Assembly (NCBI GenBank): GCA_040756235.1
Contig: JBFLZG010000021.1
Span: forward strand, 1-14,415
DNA length: 14,415 nucleotides
From: a bacterium
Lineage (GTDB): Bacteria > Desulfobacterota > DSWW01
Reading direction: 5' to 3'
Program-made: the position numbers and the translations under genes
Notes under the pieces: model-generated
What the model was told of the DNA's origin: nothing
What the model saw: only the letters and a program-made list of their open reading frames with translations
Databases searched by the model: none
In this document: one piece after another, positions 8,027-14,415 of the stretch
Numbering within the stretch: the stretch's first letter is position 1
Layout: each line of letters starts with the position of its first letter

Positions 8027-8695
8027 TCACACGAGGAGGATGACAACCAGCCGGCGGGGGCCGTGCATGCCCGTGAAGGGCGTGGCCTGGATGTCGGCCG
8101 TGCTGCTGGGGCCGGTGATCAGACAGACCTGGCTCGGCCGGCCGCCGGAGCCGTACAGGCGGTCGACGATCAGGTCGTGGTCGTCCGTGAGTCTTTCTGC
8201 GGGCAGGACGGCGACGTGCAGGACCGGGGCGAGAGAGACCAGCCGGGTCTGCTCCCGGTCGTGAGCGAGCACGAGCGTGCCGCTCGAAGCGATGCCGAAG
8301 TCGGCGCCGGTCACCCCCGCATCGACCTCGAGGAAGACGGCGTCCTTGAAGGCGGCGGGATCCCGGAAATCGCGGGGGGTGCGAACCTCCATCCCGACCC
8401 GCCTGCCCCAGTCCGGAAGATCCAGAGGGGCCAGGACGGCGTCGGTCGTGGCCATGGCGCGCCGGACTTCGTTCTCCCTGAAGATCTCCTCGAGCGTCCG
8501 GTAGAAGGACTCGCGGTCCCCGACCTGGTAGAGCCGGCCTCCGACTTCCTCCAGGTTCTTCTTGAAAGAGGCGACGTGGGCCGAGCGGTCCGGAGGCGGC
8601 TCGGGCGGAGGCGGCAGCTCGGGCCGCGCCGGGACGTTCCGCCTGGGCGCGGCGCGAAGCTTGTCGAGGATGTAGTCACGGGCGTTGGTGTTCAC
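8027..8695 (-). CDS. lutC: LutC/YkgG-family (LUD domain) protein
   Basis: Likely start GTG 8695 (MNTNARDYILDKLR). Motifs GVTGADFGIASSGT, RLVSLAP.LH, ITGPSSTADIQ...GMHGP; follows lutB. Confidence 0.85.
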   Translation of the reverse strand: MNTNARDYILDKLRAAPRRNVPARPELPPPPEPPPDRSAHVASFKKNLEEVGGRLYQVGDRESFYRTLEEIFRENEVRRAMATTDAVLAPLDLPDWGRRVGMEVRTPRDFRDPAAFKDAVFLEVDAGVTGADFGIASSGTLVLAHDREQTRLVSLAPVLHVAVLPAERLTDDHDLIVDRLYGSGGRPSQVCLITGPSSTADIQATPFTGMHGPRRLVVILLV

Positions 8696-8772
8696 GAAGT
8701 CGTCCTGGTGTCGCTGGGGTGCATAGCCGGCCCGTATTTGAATCTTCCCTGCCAAGGGACCAAAAACGAAAT

Positions 8773-8878
8773 CCCCTCTTCCCCGACATCGGGGGAGAGG
8801 TTAGGGTGAGGGGGACAATCTACGGCCCGACAACTCACCCCTCATCCTGGCCTTCTCCCCTCGTCGAGGGGAGAAGGG
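8773..8878. repeat. boxC-like palindromic element (inverted dimer) between lutB and lutC
   Basis: Hairpin CCTCTTCCCCGA-CA-TCGGGGGAGAGG; central inverted pair AGGGTGAGGGG / CCCCTCATCCT; hairpin CCTTCTCCCCTCG-T-CGAGGGGAGAAGG. Confidence 0.75.
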
Positions 8879-8919
8879 ATGAGAACTTGAGCCCTGCTTG
8901 ACGATACAGCGCGACCGAA

Positions 8920-10353
8920 TCACCCCTCCCTCTCCAGCTCCTTCCACCGGTCGTGGAACGTCTTGCCCGGGAAGGGCGGGAGGTCCCGGACCTGGAACCA
9001 TCCCTTGACCGGCCCGGGCATGCGGCTGATCTTCCCGTCCCGCTCGTTCAGGTTGGCGGCCAGCCGTGCGGCGGTGGCGAAGACTTTCCAGAAACCCGGA
9101 TTGCCGGCCGCGACCGCATAGAGCCTCTGGAGCGCCTTCTCGGCCAGGCCCGCCCCCCCGGCACCGAACGCCTCGCTCCCCTGCGCCTGAAGGGAGCGGT
9201 AGTAGAGGAGCATGCGGGGGTGGTCGATGCCGGCCGGGCATGCCCCCTTGCAGCGCTGGCAGAGCGTGCACGACCAGACGAGGTCCTCCGCCCGGTCCAG
9301 GCCAAGGAGCAGCGGGTTCAGGACCTGCCCCATGGGGCCGGAGTACGCCCAGCCGTAAGGATAGCCGCCGATCTTGCCGTACACCGGGCAGACGCTCAGG
9401 CATGCCGCGCACCGCACGCAGCGAAGCGCGTCCCGCGTCTCGGGGTCGGCGTGAATGGCCGAGCGGCCGTTGTCCAGGATGACGATGTGAAGCTCCTCGG
9501 GCCCGTCCATCTCGCCCGCTTTCCTGGGGCCGCTGTCCAGGGACGCGTACGTGCCGAGCCGCTGGCCGGTCGCGCACATGCAGAGGATCCTGAGCATGTG
9601 GACGGCGTCCTTCATCGTGGGCGCGAGCTTTTCCAGGGTCAGCACCGAGACCTGGATGCGCGGGCCGGACTTGCAGTGCCGGATGTTGCCCTCGTTCTCC
9701 ACGTTGATGAGGGTGCCGGTCTCGGCCACGGCGATGTTGACGCCCGTGATGCCCATCTCGGCCCGGTGGAACTTCTCCCGCAGGAACTTGCGGGCCGCCT
9801 GGCCCAGCTGCACGGGGTCGTTCGTGGGCTCCGTGAGGCCCGCTTTCTCCATGAAGATGTCGCGTACCCTCTCGACCGGGACGTTGATGGCCGGGCCGAT
9901 GATGTGGAAGGGCGGCAGCTCGAGGAGCTGCGTGATGAACTCGCCGAGATCGCTCTCCCAGACCTCAAGGCCTGCTTTCTGCAGCTCTTCCCGGAGCCCC
10001 ATCTCCTCGCTCACCATGGACTTGCCCTTGGTCACGCAGGTGACCTTCTTCTCTCGGGCAAGCTCCAGGATGTAGCGGTTCGCCTCGGCGCTGTCCCGGG
10101 CCCAGACCACCCTAGCGCCGTTGGCGGTCGCGTTCTTTTCGAACTCCTCGAGCAGGTCCGGCAGGCGCTCCACGACTTCAGCCCGGATCGCCGCAGCCAG
10201 AGCGAGGGCCGCTTCCGGGTCCGGGAGCGTGGCCAGGGTCAGGGTGCGCCGGGCCGAGAGAACGAGCGGAAAGAAGGAAAGGAACTTCTGCGTGTCCGGG
10301 TTGGCGAGCTCCCGGCGTGCGGTTTCCTTGTAGCGGTCGGTCTTGATCTCCAC
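8920..10353 (-). CDS. lutB: LutB/YkgF-family iron-sulfur subunit of a LutABC-type dehydrogenase
   Basis: KGKSMVSEE, ESDLGEFI, AETGT...ENEGN, DGPEELHIVILDNGR, and two 4Fe-4S motifs CVRCAACLSVCP and CTLCQRCKGACP. Confidence 0.92.
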   Translation of the reverse strand: MEIKTDRYKETARRELANPDTQKFLSFFPLVLSARRTLTLATLPDPEAALALAAAIRAEVVERLPDLLEEFEKNATANGARVVWARDSAEANRYILELAREKKVTCVTKGKSMVSEEMGLREELQKAGLEVWESDLGEFITQLLELPPFHIIGPAINVPVERVRDIFMEKAGLTEPTNDPVQLGQAARKFLREKFHRAEMGITGVNIAVAETGTLINVENEGNIRHCKSGPRIQVSVLTLEKLAPTMKDAVHMLRILCMCATGQRLGTYASLDSGPRKAGEMDGPEELHIVILDNGRSAIHADPETRDALRCVRCAACLSVCPVYGKIGGYPYGWAYSGPMGQVLNPLLLGLDRAEDLVWSCTLCQRCKGACPAGIDHPRMLLYYRSLQAQGSEAFGAGGAGLAEKALQRLYAVAAGNPGFWKVFATAARLAANLNERDGKISRMPGPVKGWFQVRDLPPFPGKTFHDRWKELEREG

Positions 10354-10366
10354 GTCCGGGGTTTCC

Positions 10367-11098
10367 TCACGCCGAAAGGCTGCCTGCCAGGAAGGTGGCG
10401 ATGTGGGCGGCCTTCTTCGCCGGGTGGCGCCGGCTCAGGTAGCCGCTCACGTTGAGCAGGCAACCGGGTTCGCACAGGACGAGCAGGTCCGCCCCGCTCT
10501 CCAGGTAGCTCGCCGTCTTGGCGGCGACCAGAGCTTCCGAGATTTCGGGATAGTTGTTGGAGAACTCGCCGCCGAACCCGCAGCACACGTCCGCGTCCTT
10601 CATGGGAAGGAGCTCGGTCCCCCGGACGGCACGGATCAGCTTCTTGGGCTGCTCGGAGATGCCGAGGGCGCCCAGCATGTTGCAGGACTCGTGGTAAGCG
10701 ACCTTGCCGCTGTAAGCCGCCCCCAGGTTGCTTACACCCAGCACGTCCACGATGAGCTGGGTGAGCTCGTAGACCCGGCCGGAGAGGGCCTTGGCCCGCT
10801 CGAGCCACTCCGGCTCGTTCCGGAAAAGCTCCGGGTAGCGGTTCCGCACCATGTTCACGCACGAGCCGGAGGGGCAGACCACGACCTCGTCGTCACCGAA
10901 GACTTCGATGAAACGTCTGGCCATGCGCCGGGCTTCATCCCGGAAGCCCGCGTTGAACGAGAACAGCCCGCAGCAGGTTTGCTGCTCGTGGTAGACAGGC
11001 CGGCAGTCCAGGTGCCGAAGGAGCGACACCGTGGCCTCGCCGATGTCCGGCAGAACGAGGTCCACGAGGCAGGGAATGAAGAGGGAGACGTTTTTCAT
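10367..11098 (-). CDS. lutA: LutA/YkgE-family CCG-domain Fe-S subunit
   Basis: Start ATG 11098 (MKNVSLFIPCLVD). Two CCG domains: QTCCG...PSGSC and YHESC...CCGFGGEFS...GCLLN. Confidence 0.9.
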   Translation of the reverse strand: MKNVSLFIPCLVDLVLPDIGEATVSLLRHLDCRPVYHEQQTCCGLFSFNAGFRDEARRMARRFIEVFGDDEVVVCPSGSCVNMVRNRYPELFRNEPEWLERAKALSGRVYELTQLIVDVLGVSNLGAAYSGKVAYHESCNMLGALGISEQPKKLIRAVRGTELLPMKDADVCCGFGGEFSNNYPEISEALVAAKTASYLESGADLLVLCEPGCLLNVSGYLSRRHPAKKAAHIATFLAGSLSA

Positions 11099-11170
11099 GA
11101 GTGAGCGTGCTGCACTTTCATCTTGGGGCCGACGCATGCCTCGGCCGGGCCTTTTCCGTCATAGATCTCC

Positions 11171-11259
11171 GGAGATTGCGAGCTTCGCGAAGCAACCTCC
11201 CTGTCCAGCCGGACTCAGGGGGTTGCTTCGGTCGCCTATGGCTCCCTCGCAATGTCCGC
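11171..11259 (+). repeat. Complete copy of the family A hairpin repeat
   Basis: GGAGATTGCGAGCTTCGCGAAGCAACCTCC-loop-GGGGTTGCTTCGGTCGCCTATGGCTCCCTCGCAATGTCCGC; arms TTGCGAG/CTCGCAA and GAAGCAACC/GGTTGCTTC pair. Confidence 0.9.
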
Positions 11260-11279
11260 GACATTGCCGGCCGCCCCGC

Positions 11280-11452
11280 CGGCCTTGGCCGGGGATGACG
11301 CGCGTCTTTCCGTCACCCCGGCGCAGGCCGGGGTCCAGTCCCTGATTCGCGTGATTACACCAGCTCTCTGGGGGCAGACTCCTGGATCCCGGGACGGGCG
11401 ACGCATGCGTCGCCCCTACAGGACTCCGCGAAAGCGCTGGGCCGGGATGACG
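11280..11452. repeat. CGTC-type REP cluster with a nested GTAG-type REP
   Basis: Reverse REP end at 11280-11300; forward REP CGTCACCCCGGCGCAGGCCGGGGTCCAG at 11311-11338; reverse REP at 11382-11452 whose loop contains GGGCGACGCATGCGTCGCCCCTAC. Confidence 0.85.
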
Positions 11453-11489
11453 AAGAAACCGCTGCCTCCGGCCTGCGCTGCCCCTGGCC

Positions 11490-12116
11490 TCACGCGATCA
11501 TGCCGTAGCCTTTGTCATAGGCGGCGAGGTTGGTCTTCACCTTGTCCGCGCTCACCGTGGCGGCCAGGACCCGCTCGAAGCCGTCGCGCGGCAAGGGGAG
11601 CACGCCCGTGGCGGCCAGGGCCCCGATCAGGATGATGTTGCCGAAGATCGGGCTGCCCATGGCGAGCGCCTCCTGCGTGGCGCTGACGAACCAGTGCCGG
11701 GCCGTCATCTCGCTCATCCACTTGGCGATGTCCTCGTCGCTGGGGTAGCTCTGCTCTCCGCAGATGACGCCCACCGAGTAGATGGGGCGCGTGTTGGCGA
11801 TCGCCTGGGTCCCGGGGTTCCCGTAGTCCATGAGCACCCGCAGGGCCTCGGTCGGCTCCAAGGCCACGACCATGTGCGCCTTGCCCTTGGGGATGAGGGG
11901 CGACCACGTGGACTCCGACGAGACCCGGATGTGGCTCATGACCGACCCGCCGCGCTGGGTCGCGCCGAAGGTCTCGCCGATGGTCACGAGATACCCCTGC
12001 CCGGCGAGCAGATTGCCGAGCAGCCGCGAGGCCAGAACGTTGCCCTGGCCCCCCACGCCGGTGATGATGAGGTTGAAAGGATCGCTGGAAAGCTTGGCTG
12101 GTCCCATGGGTCCCAC
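11490..12116 (-). CDS. iorB: Indolepyruvate:ferredoxin oxidoreductase beta subunit
   Basis: GVGGQGNVLAS, GETFGATQRGGSVMSHIR, LEPTEALR, NIILIGAL. Start is probably GTG 12116, overlapping the iorA stop (TAGTG) with SD GGAGG 7 nt upstream; ATG 12107 is an alternative. Confidence 0.9.
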   Translation of the reverse strand: MGPMGPAKLSSDPFNLIITGVGGQGNVLASRLLGNLLAGQGYLVTIGETFGATQRGGSVMSHIRVSSESTWSPLIPKGKAHMVVALEPTEALRVLMDYGNPGTQAIANTRPIYSVGVICGEQSYPSDEDIAKWMSEMTARHWFVSATQEALAMGSPIFGNIILIGALAATGVLPLPRDGFERVLAATVSADKVKTNLAAYDKGYGMIA

Positions 12117-14053
12117 TATGCGGCCTCCTTCTTCGCGATCGCCCCGGACGGGCAGACGGACGCGCACACGCCGCAGCCGGAGCAGATGACCTCGTCGACC
12201 CGGGCCTTCTTCTTGCGGCTGTCCCAGACCAGGCCCGGGCAGCGGAGGATGCGCGTGCACAACCGGCCGCAACCGCAGGCCTCGCCCAGGCAGACGTTTT
12301 CGTCGACCGACACGTCGAAGAGCTTCTTCCATTTCTTCTGCGGGCTCAAGGCGCAGATCTGCCGGAGCACGAGAACGTTGACCCCGTTCTCCCGCTGCAG
12401 GAGCTCGAACAGCTTGGCCTGCGTGGCCTCGATATCGAACGGGTCCGAGACCTCCACATGGGCCCCGATGGCCTTGCAGACCGCTTCGATGGAGACCGGC
12501 GGCGCGTCCTCTCCCTTCGCATCTACGGTCAGGCCCGGGTGGGGCTGAAAGCCGGTCATGGCCGTGCCGCCGTTGTCCAGGACCACCATGGTGATCCTGG
12601 ATTTATGGTGGACGGCGTTCACCAGGGCCGGCATGGCCGTGTGGAAGAAGGTCGAGTCGCCGCAGACCGAAAGGATCGGCTGGTCCATCCCGAACTGGCC
12701 GAGCTTGCCGAATCCGCTCGCCAGGCCGGTACCGGACCCCATCGCATGGACCGTCTTGACCGTGCTGAAGCCCGTGGGGGTCACGGCCATGGTGTAGCAG
12801 CCGATGTCGCCGCACACGAACCCCTGTCGGCCGTCCATGGCGAGCACGTTGTGGATGGACCAGAAGGAGGCCCGGTGCGGGCAGCCCGGGCAGAAGGTCA
12901 GGTCCCGGATCGGCGCCCCGAAGAAGGCGATCGACTGACCGCGCTTCCGGTACGCCTCCGGAGCAGGCTCGTAGGCTACGCCGAGCACCTTGGCCAGAGC
13001 CGTGATCACGCGGTCCGGGTTCATCTCGTTCACGGACGGGACGGTCTTGTCCCGTTTGCCAAAGAAGGTCTTGGCGCCGATCGTGGGCGCCAGCTCGGCG
13101 GCCAGTACCTTGACGTTCTCCTCGAGGAACGGGATGACTTCTTCGACGATGAGGATCTTGTCCGTGCGGGCAAGGTTCCTCTCCAGCAGCCTGGGCGGCA
13201 GCGGCCAGGTGGTGCCGAGCTTGAGCAGGCCGACCCGGTCTTCGACCCCCAGGGCCCGGATCGCCTCCAGGCTGTAAAGGTAACAGGCCGAGCTGGTGAC
13301 GAGCAGGAGGTCGGGCTTTTCCGGGCCCGAGTAGCGGTTGAAGGGCGAGTCCTCGAAAAGCCGGGCCGCTTTCTCCAGCTTGTCCTGCTGCTGCTGGTGC
13401 TTCCACTCGATGGGGACGCTCAGGACCGCGCCGGTCATGGGGTCGAGGATGAACCCCGAGTGGACGAACTTGGCCTCTGTCCGGGGCACCGGAAGCTCGC
13501 CCAGCTCCACCACGCCGCTCGCATGGGAGAGGCGGGTCACGCTCCGGACCATGACCAGGTTGCGGATCTCCTCCGAGAGCTCGAAGGCCCACTTCGTCAT
13601 GTCCTTGGCTTCCTGGAAGTCGCCGGGCTCCAGGAGCGGGATCTCGAGGAGGCGCGCAAACTGGCGCGCCTCGCCCTCGTTGATGCTGGACAGGGCTCCA
13701 GGGTCGTCGCAGGGCACGATCACCATGCCGCCCCGGGTGCCGCACAGGGCCAGGTGAAGCAGGAAGTCGGAGCCCACGTTGACCCCGTTCTGCTTCATGG
13801 TGCACATGGAGCGGAGACCGGCGTAGGAGGCGGCCGCAGCCACCTCCATGGCCACCTTCTCGTTGACCGACCACTCGACGTAGAGGTTCCGCTCCCGGGA
13901 GAGCTTGGCCAGGTTCTCGATGATCTCGGAGGAAGGCGTACCCGGGTAGCCTGCGGCTACGGAGACGCCCGCTTCCAAGGCGCCGCGCGTGATGGCCTCG
14001 TTGCCCATCAGCAGACAGCGGGTGCCTGCCATCGGATTGAGTAGCTGGGACAT
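12116..14053 (-). CDS. iorA: Indolepyruvate:ferredoxin oxidoreductase alpha subunit
   Basis: LMGNEAI, GYPGTPSSEI, EWSVNEKVA, FCPGCPHR, GDIGCY, TPP-binding GDSTFFH...LDN, C-terminal ferredoxin CSGCGVCASVCP; SD GGAGG at 14058-14062. Confidence 0.95.
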   Translation of the reverse strand: MSQLLNPMAGTRCLLMGNEAITRGALEAGVSVAAGYPGTPSSEIIENLAKLSRERNLYVEWSVNEKVAMEVAAAASYAGLRSMCTMKQNGVNVGSDFLLHLALCGTRGGMVIVPCDDPGALSSINEGEARQFARLLEIPLLEPGDFQEAKDMTKWAFELSEEIRNLVMVRSVTRLSHASGVVELGELPVPRTEAKFVHSGFILDPMTGAVLSVPIEWKHQQQQDKLEKAARLFEDSPFNRYSGPEKPDLLLVTSSACYLYSLEAIRALGVEDRVGLLKLGTTWPLPPRLLERNLARTDKILIVEEVIPFLEENVKVLAAELAPTIGAKTFFGKRDKTVPSVNEMNPDRVITALAKVLGVAYEPAPEAYRKRGQSIAFFGAPIRDLTFCPGCPHRASFWSIHNVLAMDGRQGFVCGDIGCYTMAVTPTGFSTVKTVHAMGSGTGLASGFGKLGQFGMDQPILSVCGDSTFFHTAMPALVNAVHHKSRITMVVLDNGGTAMTGFQPHPGLTVDAKGEDAPPVSIEAVCKAIGAHVEVSDPFDIEATQAKLFELLQRENGVNVLVLRQICALSPQKKWKKLFDVSVDENVCLGEACGCGRLCTRILRCPGLVWDSRKKKARVDEVICSGCGVCASVCPSGAIAKKEAA

Positions 14054-14070
14054 AGTGCCTCCGTTTCATG

Positions 14071-14415
14071 GGAGATTGCGAGGCTTTGCGAAGCAACTCC
14101 GGCCCCCCTGCGGAGATTGCGAGCTTCGCGAAGCAACCTCCGGGCTCAGCCGGACCCTGGGGGTTGCTTCGGTCGCTTGCGGCTCCCTCGCAATGTCCGC
14201 AAACTCCTCCGGAGACTGCGAGCTTCGCGAAGCAACCTCCGGGCTCAGCCGGACCCTGGGGGTTGCTTCGGTCGCCTTACGGCTCCCTCGCAATGTCCGC
14301 AGACTTTTCCGGAGATTGCGAGCTTCGCGAAGCAACCTCCGGGGGGCGCTACTGGCACTGACATCGCCGCGAGCGCCCGATCTCGAAAATCCATCTTGAC
14401 CCTGGGGGTTGCTTC
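14071..14415 (+). repeat. Tandem array of the family A hairpin repeat upstream of iorA
   Basis: Degenerate left arm at 14071; full units start at 14112 (99 bp) and 14211 (100 bp); the unit at 14311 has an expanded loop and runs off the window end. Confidence 0.92.

Noticed and set aside
5294..14096. Long alternative-frame and antisense ORFs (e.g. 5294-7300, 6067-7275, 7745-8809, 8953-10455, 12458-14044, 12603-14096)
   Set aside because: These are shadow ORFs of real high-GC genes, Arg/Gly/Pro-rich or antisense-patterned, with no recognisable motifs.
14353..14367. Sigma54-like TGGCAC-N5-TCGC
   Set aside because: The -12 box is imperfect, it lies inside a repeat loop and it points away from iorA, so it cannot be tied to a gene in the window.
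14066..14399. ORFs with internal peptide repeats (89, 97 and 136 aa)
   Set aside because: They are translations of the DNA tandem repeat in several frames; units of 99 and 100 bp do not preserve frame.
14071..14415. CRISPR array
   Set aside because: Units are ~100 bp, two of the loops are identical rather than unique spacers, copies are dispersed elsewhere in the window, and no cas genes are present.
1..14415. Circular element or 14-kb mobile element, since the window end and start share TTGCTTC
   Set aside because: Both ends fall within the same multicopy repeat, which is typical of assembly breaks. There is no replication, integrase or transposase gene, and the content is chromosomal.

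Overview
GC-rich bacterial chromosomal segment with an anaerobe-type gene content (Desulfobacterota/'Deltaproteobacteria'-like is my inference). The plus strand carries an uncharacterised protein that looks like two tandem ferritin-like domains (316-1581). It then carries a three-gene envelope cluster: a YafK/DpaA-like YkuD enzyme, a LysM-YkuD L,D-transpeptidase and an OprI/Lpp-like lipoprotein ending in Arg-Lys. The minus strand carries, in transcription order, iorA-iorB, a divergent lutA-lutB-lutC, an OYE-family flavin/Fe-S reductase, a 59-aa Fis-type HTH ORF missed by the ORF track, and a CsgA-like SDR. Most spacers in the minus-strand block hold palindromic repeats of four families. These are a ~100-bp hairpin unit that is tandemly arrayed at the right end and also present at the left end, CGTC-type REPs, GTAG-type REPs repeatedly nested inside CGTC REP loops, and a boxC-like element. 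No transposase, CRISPR, tRNA or rRNA was seen. The best candidates for an undescribed system are the co-located lipoprotein attach/detach module, the iorAB-lutABC-ene-reductase cluster, and the nested REP architecture.
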